Shown here in pieces: positions 51,801-63,735 of a stretch of 64,000 nt of DNA; position 1 is the stretch's first letter, and each line of letters begins with the position of its first letter. The DNA is from Haliotis cracherodii (Eukaryota), in assembly GCF_022045235.1 (NCBI RefSeq), contig NW_027266297.1:1798001-1862000 (forward strand), given 5' to 3'. A program made the position numbers and the translations under genes. The notes below the pieces were generated by a model, which made no database searches, was not told where the DNA came from, and saw nothing but the letters and a program-made list of their open reading frames with translations.

Positions 51801-52474
51801 ACTCATGCTGGTTCTTGGGCTTTACCTTCGTTCACTTAAAAATGGGAAGTGAGTATGATTACACATTCTATCATGAATTTGGAAAATGTTCGATCTGATT
51901 GGTTAATCAGAGGTTTCATATTACAATAACCATTTTTGAGAGAAACTAATATTTCCTGAATTGAAATAATGAAATGTACATTGTATGCTTACAAATGCAT
52001 ACGTGTGGTTACTACTATATTAATAGTATTTATAGTAATCCATGCTGAACCGGAAATATATATTAACAGTTTAAGTGACAACAGAGAGTTTAAACTGTGT
52101 CGTTTTTCTGAGGACGGCACAACGATCGATGTGACGTCAAAATAGCGATGTGCGTTGTACCATTGTCCTTTCAAAGTTTTTTTTAAGTTTCGTCAGCGTT
52201 AATAAAAATTAAATAAAAGCGTCCGAAAAAAAAGTAGGAACAACTGATTCACAATACGTTAAGCTTGTGCAAATTAATTGATATTATTTGGGGGAATATA
52301 ACTGCATGAATCATGAATAAGGAATTGCTTCATTATATTGTCTTTGTAATATACAGGTTGCACTGGAATTGTCGACCGGTGCAGGGACAAGAGATCATTG
52401 ACGTGCCTAAATTCGCTGATGTACATGCTACAAAAGACACGAACAATGTAAACATCATAGAAGACATACTGTAA
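42894..52474 (+). CDS. Gene 2: F-type lectin / EGF transmembrane receptor, ~378 aa, SP-FTLD-S/T stalk-EGFx2-TM-short tail
   Basis: Exons 42894-42948, 44789-45001, 47677-47973, 48568-48747, 50825-50974, 51725-51848 and 52357-52474 have AG/GT ends and splice into one open frame of 1137 nt; AATAAA at 52707. Confidence 0.85.
42999..43140. other. Assembly gap (142 N)
   Basis: Run of n in intron 1 of gene 2. Confidence 1.
44789..45001 (+). CDS. Gene 2 F-type lectin N-half exon
   Basis: NIALNKPA..AVDG..SVHT..WWKVDL..IYFRSD. Confidence 0.9.
45645..46110. repeat. 30-bp minisatellite (~15 copies)
   Basis: Unit ATATGCAGTGTCCACGGAGTAACTGAAGGT. Confidence 0.95.
47295..47536 (-). mobile_element. SINE-like family B copy
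   Basis: Reverse complement of the family B sequence. Confidence 0.8.
47677..47973 (+). CDS. Gene 2 F-type lectin C-half plus linker exon
   Basis: KLRRNGVQFY...LDFAEIQVW plus an acidic/Thr-rich extension; exact donor uncertain (47973 or ~47931). Confidence 0.82.
48568..48747 (+). CDS. Gene 2 EGF-like exon 1
   Basis: CGAGEWYGTNC...GCMAGWYGTDC. Confidence 0.88.
48815..50300. repeat. 67-bp minisatellite (~21 copies) between gene 2 EGF exons
   Basis: Unit GTCAGTCGACCAACATAGGGTGGCAGCTGGGTAAATGTCAACAAGGTGGGGTTACGACATCCATTGT. Confidence 0.97.
50825..50974 (+). CDS. Gene 2 EGF-like exon 2
   Basis: CFQGLEYGANC...GCQSGWTGEDC; 150 nt. Confidence 0.9.
51725..51848 (+). CDS. Gene 2 transmembrane exon
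   Basis: VLDIIVGIMVGVLLMLVLGLYL then RSLKNGK; donor GTGAGT, phase 2. Confidence 0.85.
52357..52474 (+). CDS. Gene 2 short cytoplasmic tail exon
   Basis: KLHWNCRP...IIEDIL*; aligns with gene 1 RLLWRN at its start; no Tyr. Confidence 0.75.
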
Positions 52475-53334
52475 ACACAGATGCACAATGTACAAGGATT
52501 GTGTTTACTGATGGGAGAAGAATGTCCATTGGTTGAGAGAGAGAAGGTTATTTGCAGAGTTTCCTCGAAGAATGGAATGGTAGAAGTGATGTAAACGTTG
52601 TGTAAAGAACTGTCTATACGAAACGTGTGCATGTATTGTATTACTTGGTTTATTCACACTGTGTAACATCTATCGCTCATGATTGATATTTCTGATACTT
52701 ACCGTCAATAAAAGAACACGATTACTTTGATTGTTTATTATGCCCCGAGATTGTCTTATTCCCGAATAAACATATTTGAGTTATTTCGCTGACTTAAACG
52801 ATTTTTATGGTTGAGACATAATTTCACGATAATTTGGGGTAATGGCCGATAGTTGCGTCGGGTAGACTGGTTTAAAATGCACGTCCAGAATGGCCAGTGG
52901 ATTCCTGGCTCGGAATCAGCTCCAAGAACAAAAGCGTGACGTCATCATAATCGTTTCTCTTGGCGAACGCATTTTTGTAATAACACTATTAGAATACACC
53001 TTTTCATATTTATGTCGGTTCGAGTGTCCAGATTCAGCGACGTGTTTTATGGCGTATCATCATAATCCGATTGATGTGAACGATTCGTCATGATAGCAAA
53101 CGCTGGTTTGTCTGGACCATACTAAATTATTCACAAACTGACGTACATGACTTGATTATTCGACAAGAGCAGGGATTGTGGGTAAGAATAGAGATCCCAT
53201 CAACCAATGCTTGTCGTCAAAGGCGACTGACTATATGAATCGAATGGTCATGCTCCGGGACTTGAGTCGTACGTTTGTGAAACACCCGCCCATATCTACC
53301 CGCAACAAAGAACATAATACTTCAACACCGAAGC

Positions 53335-53476
53335 TTGTTTGCTTGTTTGTTGTTTAACGTTGGTCAGCGGGCCTGACCACCCGATCCCGTTAGTTGCCTC
53401 CTACGACAAGCATAGTCGACTTTTATGGCAAGCATGGGTAGCTGAAAACCTATTCTACCCCGGATCTTCACGGGTC
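53335..53476 (-). mobile_element. SINE-like family B, internally deleted
   Basis: 5' head and tail retained, middle missing. Confidence 0.75.
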
Positions 53477-53918
53477 CATCAGCCAAAGCAGACACCAAAT
53501 CTGCCCTCTCAGACCACCAGCAATCCAATTCCCCAGTCCAGATCCTCTCAACCAAACATAAGGGCTTCAATAAAAGAGGTCAAGGGTACTCCATCTCGTC
53601 TGTCTATTGTTATATGGCAGTGTATTTCGTTGTGAAACACTGATCGTGACTGTGTTGCATTTTTTCTATTGAGATTCGGTGGAAGCTCATTGCATTGCAT
53701 TTGGACAAGATCATCTCTCTCACATTTCATCACATATTTTACACATGGAAACAGTTCAAACACATCGATTTTCCGGCATTCGCACGCAGCTTAGTCATTC
53801 ACAGTTCGCAATCTGTCTGCCTGGCATTTTTCCCAAGTGAGGTAACCCTCGTCAAGACTCTTAACTCTCGCAAAAAGCTCTATAAACATTACACTCCCCT
53901 CCAAAATTACAATCCATA

Positions 53919-54080
53919 GGGCGGTCGGGTAGCCTAGTGGTTGAAGCGTTCGCCAGTCATGCCGAAGACCCGGGTTCGAATTCCGACATGGGCATGTGTG
54001 AAGTCCATTTCTGGTGTCCCCCGCCACGATATTGCTGGAATATTGCTAAAAGCGGCTTAAAACCAAACTCACTCACTCAC
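53919..54080 (+). mobile_element. tRNA-derived SINE (family A)
   Basis: A box TAGCCTAGTGG, B box GGTTCGAATTCC, (ACTC)n tail and 11-bp TSD TACAATCCATA. Confidence 0.9.
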
Positions 54081-54169
54081 TACAATCCATAATTTGTTGA
54101 TACAATTTCCTAAAACAAAAACATTGCATGTAAATTTTCAAAAGAATTATAATAGTGATCATCAAACGT

Positions 54170-55090
54170 TCATCATTCATCTGAAAATGCATCTGAACAT
54201 TTCTGAATTAGTCGGTCGAGGTAGGTCATGGGGAAGCCAAGTTCGTGGGACTCATTTTTGACCTTTTCACATTTGACATGTCAAATATCTTAAGACTGAA
54301 GGATCTAGCCTTAATGAAAATCGTTCCAAATTCAAAGGGGGTTGGAGATCAAACAATTTTTCCTTCACTTCGCTCTAAATTGGACTATGGCTCCACTGTT
54401 TATGGTGGAGCCTCTAAGAGTAATTCAGGGAAATTCTTTGGCAAATAGTCCAGTCGAAAGTAGACCTTACACTTACTCATTTTAATAAAAAGACGGACAC
54501 AAATCAATTGTTTTTTTCTAAAGAAATATATACAATTGAGTGTAAAATATGATTCACATCGCTCAATATTTACAGATAGATCCAAGGATGGTGACAAAGT
54601 ATCAAGTGCCACTTTCGCTTGATCTAATAGTAACTCTTTCCGAATACCAGACAAGAGCTTGGAGTATATTCAACATCGGTCAAAAAATGAACAATTTTCA
54701 GATTCACTGTCATCTTTCCAGATTCCCTGCCATGCCTTCGGGTACTGAAAAGGGTAAAACACAAAAGCTGATGCTGCAGCTAAAGCAAGTCTGAACAAAT
54801 ATATCTCTCACCTTCTGATGCCATACTCTAATTATTACCATATAACAGAGATTACATCGGGTAGATAATCCAGACAAGGTGGAACACCACCCATTTAGGT
54901 ACAAACAAACTTCATGAGATAAAACAAACTGAAGGTAATACCTGCCAAGGCATGACGAAGTCGTTTTGCGACGATGTCGCATTTGCCACAGCCGTAAAAC
55001 TCTTTGAATATCTATTGGAAGGTGAGGATCCTGATAAGGTGATGATAAGAGCATCACAGGAAGCACGTTTTGCTTGACGATGTAGAGCTT
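54170..55090 (+). mobile_element. I/Nimb-clade LINE 3' relic (RT end, RNase H, C-terminus)
   Basis: RSKLDYGSTVYGGA, KADAAAKASL, NKLHEIK and EVVLRRCRICHSR remnants. Confidence 0.7.
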
Positions 55091-55384
55091 AATCCTACTG
55101 GGGTTTAATGCCTATGGTTCCCTGTAAGGTGGGCTATCTTTGGTTACATATGGTATTTAGCTCGTATTTTAATAGTTTACAATGTCATAATGATATGTGT
55201 GTTGATTATAAGCTTTAGAGTTTCAAAAGGTTAGTTTTTAGGTTGTAATTTGTCACGTTTGCTAAGGATTGCTATATACGTATTGAATGCATTTGGGTCA
55301 AGGGTCTGTCTCACAAAGATAGCACTAAAGGAGTGGGTTTTATTGTTTGCTTCCTGTTATGTTCGTCTGAATTGCAAAGTATAG

Positions 55385-56371
55385 TCACGTTGATAGAATA
55401 TATTCATCTAAAATAACTTTCTCTACGCCAGAACAAAGATCCCCTCCTCGTGAGCGGTCAATGTGAACTATGCGACCTCCAATCTCGATGACATGTTCGG
55501 GAAACGCCCCCTTTAACATAGCCCTGGCCTCATCTGAGTCCGTAGCTATAACCAATTGACATGAACCAGCAACCTGCAGGTGTTTTTGTAGAAATAGGAC
55601 CAAAGCACCCTCAACAGGGCCCGTCGCATTATTTCTACCACCATCATTGGGTATGGTTGTGGACTTTCCCATTCTCATATGTGCACAAATTAACCTTCTG
55701 GGTGCTCTTTCTGTTTTTGCTTCAAAGGGATCAACCATTGCCTGAGTATTTGGCGCCAAAAGAGCTGAGCTGAAAGAATGCGATTCTGAATATTGTGCGA
55801 CCATTGTGCCCGTTGTACAGAAGAAAACAATGGGTTTTTCACGAGATAAGGAACATAATCTAAATTCCTAGTGTAGAAAGTCACGTCCTTATCATACATT
55901 TTTTCAATATTCCCAGATCGCCATTCTGTGTCCAAACCGATGATTATTCATGAGTTGTTACGTGTCTTGGCCATTACTTGTTTTTTGTTGAACACGCCAT
56001 TCAACCTGATTTGGAATTACAAAATTTAAAAATTCACATGGCTTTGACATGATTAATCTAAAGAGCCGCTTCAGCATCTGTGGGAGTAAATAAGATGTAA
56101 TTATGCCTCTCTGCCTGTCTGCCACACCACCACATCTACGTTCATCACACTTATAAATAATGTATTTGTCAATCAGGACGTCCACTGGTGATGCTACTTC
56201 TGGGGTGACGCCATGCAGGTCGGAATGAGTCTCAACTTGCTGCACTGTTCCAGTAGTACTATATATAGGCTGAGGATGAGAATTGTCAAATAAGTCATTG
56301 AATAGTAAATAACTCACGATGGTAATAACCAGCGACACCACAGAGAGAAATTTAAAGGCTGTGGTCTTCAT
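55385..56371 (-). pseudogene. Disrupted type II membrane fucosyltransferase-like (GT-B; alpha-1,2/1,6/O-FucT superfamily) gene
   Basis: N-terminal signal anchor, CGGVADRQRG, ICAHMRMG (motif I), VIATDS (motif II), VHID and DEYILST (start of motif III). In-frame stop at 55958-60, frameshifts near 55920 and 55690, truncated end. Splice acceptor TTTCAG just before the ATG. Confidence 0.75.
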
Positions 56372-56654
56372 GATTTTCTGAAACAAGGTAAGTGACTACA
56401 ATTACAATCTGCTGAAGGTTGTCGATTATTTGAATTCCAATATCTTCGGATTCAGAAGAATGATGTGAGTTTGAACAGTATATATGTAATATCACAGTGC
56501 CTCAACTTAATGTGGGAGAAAAGCCAACATTTTTGCAGGGTGTGTCAGGAACTCGAACCTATGGTCATCGCAGACCACCCGTGCCCACAAATCATGTCGA
56601 CGTCAAATCACATGGTTGTTTGTATGGGAATCGCAACACGAGGAGCATGGACCG

Positions 56655-57860
56655 TAACACACAGGAGGAATGGTCAACACACAGGAGAAATGGTCAACAC
56701 ACAGGAAGAATGGTCAACACACAGGAAGAATGGTCAACACACAGGAGGAATGGTCAACACACAGGAGAAATGGTCAACACACAGGAGGAATGCTCAGCAC
56801 ACGGGGAATGGTCAAATCACAGGAGGAATGGTCAACACACAGGAGAAATGGTCAACACACAGGAGAAATGGTCAACACACAGGAGAAATGGTCAACACAC
56901 AGGAGAAATGGTCAGCACACAGGAGGAATGGTCAACACACAGGAAGAATGGTCAACACACAGGAGAAATGGTCAACACACAGGAGAAATGGTCAACACAT
57001 AGGAAGAATGGTCAACACACAGGAGGAATGGTCAACACACAGGAGAAATGGTCAACACACAGGAGAAATGGTCAACACACAGGAGAAATGGTCAGCACAC
57101 AGGAGAAATGGTCAACACACAGGAAGAATGGTCAACACACAGGAGAAATGGTCAGCACACAGGAGAAATGGTCAACACACAGGAAGAATGGTCAACACAC
57201 AGGAGGAATGATCAACACACAGGAGAAATGGTCAACACACAGGAGAAATGGTCAACACACAGGAGAAATGGTCAGCAGACAGGAGGAATGGTCAACACAC
57301 AGGAGAAATGGTCAACACACAGGAGGAATGCTCAGCACACAGGGGAATGGTCAAATCACAGGAAGAATGCTCAGCACACAGGAAGAATGCTCAGCACACA
57401 GGGGGAATGGTCAAATCACAGGAAGAATGCTCAGCACACAGGGGGAATGCTTAGCACACAGGGGAATGATCAACACACAGGAGAAAGGTCAACACACAGG
57501 GGGAATGGTCAGCACACAGGGGAATGGTCAACACACAGGCGGAATGGTCAACACAAAGGATGAATGCTCAGCACAGGGGGAATGCTCAGCACACAGGGGG
57601 AATGGTCAACACACAGGGGGAATGGTCAACACAAAGGGGAATGATCAACACACAGGCGGAATGGTCAACACACAGGATGAATGCTCAGCACAGGGGGAAT
57701 GCTCAGCACACAAGGGAATAGTCAACACACAGGGGGAATGGTCTACGCACAGGAGGAATGGTCAACAAACAGTAGAATAGTCAACACACAGTAGAATGGT
57801 CAACACTCAAGGGGAATGGTCAACACACAGGAGGAATGGTCAACACACAGGAGGAATAAT
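56655..57860. repeat. 20-bp minisatellite
   Basis: Unit ACACAGGAGAAATGGTCAAC, degenerating toward the 3' end. Confidence 0.97.
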
Positions 57861-59371
57861 CAGCATCACATACTAACGTGACACCGCCAAACCTTCCTGC
57901 AACCGTTGCTAGCCCAACATGGATCAATTGTTTCAAAACGTTTTATGGTAGATCTGCGGAGGATACTCCTAAATCAGTAACAAAAATGCTGTCCGATGCA
58001 ATTCCCAATTTTGACTTGAATCAAATGTGTCAGGGTTAATCCCAGTGAACTGTTGACTTGCTTTTGCATGTGTTTGTGACGGTGCCACCAACGAGGCAGG
58101 GAAGGATCATCACTATTTGATAGTGATCCATTGAACTGTGTTCATGATTTAGTCGGAATCGTACAATTGAACAGAGGAGACACAGAAAATGAAAAGTGAG
58201 GTATCGTGACCAGTTTTAATCTCGGGCAACATTTTACGGTTTGTTACGGTTTGAATTTACAGTATTTTCGCTTGCATTTTCATGAAATATACGTAAGTAT
58301 CAAAATTGACGGAAGCACAGACGATAAGTGACAGATTATGATCTGACTGTCCCTCCCGCCGGATATATCTTCAAATAAAACATTTCGCTAAATTGCAGAA
58401 ATTTATATTACCAAATACATACAATGTACCAAGCATATGTACTATTAATACATTCAGGCATATGTTCAAATACTACAATAATGAATATATGTGAAATATC
58501 AAATATTACCCATACATATGGATCCTGATGCAGCCTTTCACAGTGTCATGTGTTCGTGAAAGAACGAAAACGCGAACGCATATCTTCATGTTCACTTATT
58601 TACATCTGGAAAATCACGCTATTTGTCCATCAGTATCAGTGATAGGTGTGCATGTACGTTACCGAAGTCGATATAAGGATCACATTTCCAGGCATCAGGT
58701 CAGGTAACTCGTCAATGCTAAGACACATATATATAGAGAGGGGATATTTCGCTTTTCGTTTCAATATATAGACAATATATATTGGACTAACAAGTCCATT
58801 ATATGAACAGGTGGGTTATGTGTGATATTTCCCGCATATTCTCACAATCCTAACGTCGATTATCTGTATGTTTTTCCTGATACCGATTGTCACATCTCTC
58901 CCATGTCAAAGGGGATCGTTCGGCCGCTGTGTTTATCTGCGTAGCCCAGCTATATCTAAGGGGAACAACCCACCAGACATTTCCCTCTTAAAAATACAGT
59001 CGTCCAATATATGACGTCATCAAGTTGCGACTACAAATTCGTATCTCAAGAAATGACACTATGATAGACCAATGTTTTATCGTGAAAGAATCATCGCTTC
59101 GTTCTTCAGTGTTGTTTGTAATTCATATCGTAGCTGTGTTTTGTAGATACGTTGTAGCAGGATCACGAGGGGTACATGGGATTTTATGTGTCTCATGTTA
59201 GGTTTCATACCACGACTTATCGAGGGACGCATAAAAGCCCATGTGATCCCATGTATCATGCTACAGCGAATATATCTTACTGATATATTTTAATTTGATA
59301 TTGTAAAAGAATTCAAACAAATTTCAAATTAATGGCAATCAGCTGCTCGATTGATCTGAGGCTAGCTTGCG

Positions 59372-59608
59372 CTAGTTCCTACTGTTGTCTATCTAGTTCC
59401 TACTGTTGTCTATCTAGTTCCTACTGTTGTCTATCTAGTTCCTACTGTTGTCTATCTAGTTCCTACTGTTGTCTATCTAGTTCCTGCTGTTGTCTATCTA
59501 GTTCCCACTGTCTATCTAGTTCCTACTGTTGTCTATCTAGTTCCTACTGCTGTCTATCTAGTTCCTACTGTTGTCTATCTAGTTCCTACTGTTGTCTATC
59601 TAGTTCCC
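59372..59608. repeat. 21-bp minisatellite
   Basis: Unit CTAGTTCCTACTGTTGTCTAT. Confidence 0.95.
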
Positions 59609-59654
59609 ACGTTCCACATAACGAGTCTGTACAGGCGATGAATGTTTATGATTA

Positions 59655-60510
59655 CATAAGTATGTGCTATGTATTATATAAGTATGTGCTATGTATTATA
59701 TAAGTATGTGTTATGTATTATATATGTATGTGTTATGTATTATAAAAGTGTGTGTTATGTATAATATAAGTATTTGTTATGATCATAAAAGTATGTGTTA
59801 TGATTGTTTACATTTAAGTATATGTTATGTATTATATAAGTATGTGTTATGTATTATATAATTATTTTTTTTATTATATAAGTATGTGTTATGTATTATA
59901 TAATTATTTTTTTTATTATATAAGTATGTGTTGTGTATTATATAAGTATGTGTTATGGATTATATAAGTATGTGTTATGTATTATATAGGTATGTGTTAT
60001 GTATTATATAAGTATGTGTTATGTATTATATAAGTATGTGCTATGTATTATATAAGTATGTGCTATGTATTATATAAGTATGTGTTATGTATTATATATG
60101 TATGTGTTATGTATTATAAAAGTGTGTGTTATGTATAATATAAGTATTTGTTATGATCATAAAAGTATGTGTTATGATTGTTTACATTTAAGTATATGTT
60201 ATGTATTATATAAGTATGTGTTATGTATTAAATAATTATTTTTTTTATTATATAAGTATGTGTTATGTATTATATAATTATTTTTTTTATTATATAAGTA
60301 TGTGTTGTGTATTATATAAGTATGTGTTATGGATTATATAAGTATGTGTTATGTATTATATAGGTATGTGTTATGTATTATATAAGTATGTGTTATGTAT
60401 TATATAAGTATGTGTTATGTATTATATAAGTATGTGTTATGTATTATATAGGTATGTGTTATGATTATAAAAGTATGTGTTATGATTATATAAGTATTTG
60501 TTATGATTGT
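59655..60510. repeat. 23-bp AT-rich minisatellite with higher-order block duplication
   Basis: Unit ATAAGTATGTGTTATGTATTAT(A); the same series of variant units repeats ~370 bp apart; short outlier at 61440-61512. Confidence 0.93.
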
Positions 60511-61584
60511 ATATTGGACCAACAGTCGGTCACTCACATTGCCGGTGTCAAAATGATCTATCAGCTGAATTTATATCATGTTCGTACCATTTTGGGAGAG
60601 GGAAATCAGAGTGTTCGCCAAAGACATTCATGTTAATTGTACCACCCTATACTGAAGACGTGAAAATCAACAAACTCAAGTCTGCTTGCATGTCAGTGAC
60701 AGCTTCGAACGATCGAAGGGCAAGGTCACCACCGGAATAAGAAAAAGACAACCGTGATCTTCTCACAGCTAGATATAGGGAATGTTATTGTTCACTTTTG
60801 TGATGTTTGGGGCCACAAAATCAGAAGTCAGGCACACTTCACAACTGTTCACTTTTAGTGATCTGGTCGTGCAGTCGTGTACGTTCATTCATGAACAACA
60901 CCTCCCGAAACAGCGTCACAAAATACACTTCGAAGGGGACACTGATGGCACAACCGGATCATCCCAAGTAAGTCTAGATATCTGTCCAGATAGTTTAAAC
61001 AGACTCCATTTCACCACACTTATCCTTTTACGTTAAATCAAATTGAAAGTTGCGAATGTGGTCGGGTGCGTCACGCTCATGGGGACCCTCGCTCTATTCA
61101 TCGGTAGTCGTACATTGTAAATGGATATAGCTCGATGATATAATGTCTGTTGAAGCTCTATGCAGAACCTATATAAACCGAATTTGATGCGTGTGACTAT
61201 CTTGTTTGGTTTCAGTGTTTGTAAATATCTCTCGCTATCATGAGATTGCTTCAGTTCTGCCTTGTAGTTGCAAAATGAATGACGTCTCGCGATTTTTTAT
61301 GAATGAAAAAAGTAGTCCCGGTGTGACCGAGGTCACGGTTATCCAATCAAAACGAATAAAACGAGGTCAACCTTGTACGACACACGTGTGACGTACGGAT
61401 TTAGTTTCTTACCACCTGTATCTTCACCATGTGGGTAATAATATATAAGTACGAGGTTATGTATTATATAAGTATGTGTTATGTATTATATAAGTATGTG
61501 TTATGTATTATATACGATGAACAATGTATTAATTGCACTTCACCAAAATAATAATGATAAAATATGCATAAACACGAAATGAGA

Positions 61585-61710
61585 GCACACACACACGCAC
61601 ACGCACACGCACACGCACACACACACACACGAACACACACTAACACCCACCCACACACGCGCGCGCACCACACCCACACTAACACACACGAACACCCACG
61701 CCCCCCCCCC

Positions 61711-61741
<31 letters not shown>

Positions 61742-61808
61742 ACACACACGGGCACACACACACGCACGAACACACACACGAACACGAACACGAACACACA
61801 CACACACA
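61585..61808. repeat. (CA)n / poly-C compound microsatellite
   Basis: Direct observation. Confidence 0.95.
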
Positions 61809-62414
61809 ATCCTTAAGTCTTTACATGAAACACTTGTCACGCCAATAATAATATAGAACTGTATTCACCATTATGTGCTTGACAGTGTTGAAATCTACAT
61901 TTAATGAAATGTAAAATAATCCGCACTGTGCAGCTATTAAAATCCACCGAATGAAAACGCCCAGGCCAAAACATTCATGTTGCAAGGACTGGACTCAATG
62001 TGTATATATAACCTTATCTACAAATCGTGACATCACAAGACTGAGGCGACTCAGAACATACCAACAATTGCTTGTGCAGTTGCCTGTCTGTAGCATGAAA
62101 TCAACTTGCTTCCTGGTTTGACGGTTTACAGTTCAAAGCATGTGTGCGTCCTGGTGCAGGGTCCCATGCGGGTATACATTCACTCGGGCAGGTAGCAGTG
62201 AGGTCACTTAGTGTTCTCGTCACGCTGCGTAAACTGTACTCACTCACTCACTTACTGGAGCAGGCGCCCGACCCACAAAGCGTTCGTAGCGATATGATCT
62301 ATCGGGAGTGTATAGTTTGTGTATGTGACTACATGTATTAAGGCTTACCAATCATAGTCATAGTCATAATCATATCATAGGCCAACCAATGTTGAGTATA
62401 TATTCACTGGGGCA

Positions 62415-62570
62415 GAGGGGTTGGGTTAGCCTAGTGGCTAACGCGGTCGCTCATCATGCCGATGCCCCGGGTTCAATTCCAAAAAAGGTACACTGTGTTA
62501 AGCCTACTCCTCGTGTCCTCCGTCGTGATATTGCTTGAATATTGTCAAAACCGGCGTAAAATCCTATCTC
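62415..62570 (+). mobile_element. tRNA-derived SINE (family A), degenerate
   Basis: TAGCCTAGTGG...GGTTCAATTCC, similar to the 53919 copy. Confidence 0.75.
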
Positions 62571-63278
62571 CTTACTTGCACACTGGAGCAGGATTATCAT
62601 GAGTGATTGAATGCTGTGCAACGCCGCAATCAGCAATACTCAAGCCAGGGGCTGTCAGTACATTACCGAATCTGAATCAGGCACGAAGTATTGAACAATG
62701 GTCACAGGTCGCGGTGACACTCAGCCAGGTCATACATAGTAACCAACCGATTCTCTTCAGTAAGCTCTTTATATATAACTTGACACGCAGACGCGACAGG
62801 GACAAGACTGAAGAGCTAAAAGTAAATAATAGATTGTTACAGGTGTGTAAACGAATACAAATATCAACACAACTACTAGCAATACTTCTCTTATGTGTTA
62901 TATCAACCAGTGATTGATAAGTGATATTGATTACTATACAAATACACCCATTGATATGCAATGTTTACAAACGCCGTCATATAGCTGTGCGACGTTAAAC
63001 AAACAAACAAACAAACAAACACACAAACAATGTTTACAAAAGACAAAGAATAACATAACTCTTTACAAACCCATTAGAATTCAGAATGTTTTACAAATCT
63101 AACTCAGCCATCACAAAGCGACATTCATGTGCCTCGACAAGTTTAATCATTGCGCCATTAACGACTGAGCTGTCAGTATCCAACAATACATTCACTCGCT
63201 ATCGTTTCAGTCACCAGGTTTGTTTACACACGCATGACATACCTGGAACCTATTTTGTTCCTTGTCGCGGTGTCTAAC

Positions 63279-63354
63279 ATGGCTGTCTTGCAGTCCTCTA
63301 ACACACTCTGCCTTACCGCCCTTCTTGTTGTATGGCAGCCGTGTACAGCTCTGG
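63279..63354 (+). CDS. Probable first (signal peptide) exon of a further secreted or membrane protein gene
   Basis: AACATGG context, MAVLQSSNTLCLTALLVVWQPCTALG, phase-1 GTAAGT donor, Inr-like TCAGTC upstream. Confidence 0.55.
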
Positions 63355-63559
63355 GTAAGTACAAAACATGTTTTCTGTTTGTGTGATACCGAAACGTTTG
63401 ATTCAGAATACACTGTAGTAAGCAATGTATGTGTTCATAAGCTTGCCCGACCTGAATTCCTTACTTCCTGCTTGATTGTCAATAGGTGTGTTGACGTATA
63501 TTAGTGTTAATCTATAGTTGTATTCACATTCAACACTTTTTCATCGTCAGACCTCTCAG

Positions 63560-63735
63560 TGGCGGTCGGGTAATCAGTGGTTAAAGCGATTGCCCCGTCA
63601 CACGGAAAACCCGGGTTCGATTCCCGACATGGGTACAATGTGTGAAGCCCATTTTTGGTGTGGTATTGCTGGAATATTGCTAAACACTCACTCACTCACT
63701 CACTCACTCACTCACTCACTCACTCACTCACTCAC
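63560..63735 (+). mobile_element. tRNA-derived SINE (family A)
   Basis: B box GGTTCGATTCC; long (ACTC)n tail. Confidence 0.85.

Noticed and set aside
53919-53992. tRNA-like sequences (also at 62415 and 63560)
   Set aside because: SINE heads with body, (ACTC)n tail and TSD; no clean cloverleaf.
56465-57780. 248-427 aa repetitive ORFs
   Set aside because: Artefacts of a stop-free 20-bp minisatellite open in all three frames.
59332-59703. Cys/Ser-rich ORF (SSSYCCL)n
   Set aside because: 21-bp minisatellite translation with no synonymous variation pattern.
61479-61848. His/Cys-Val low-complexity ORFs
   Set aside because: (CA)n microsatellite translations.
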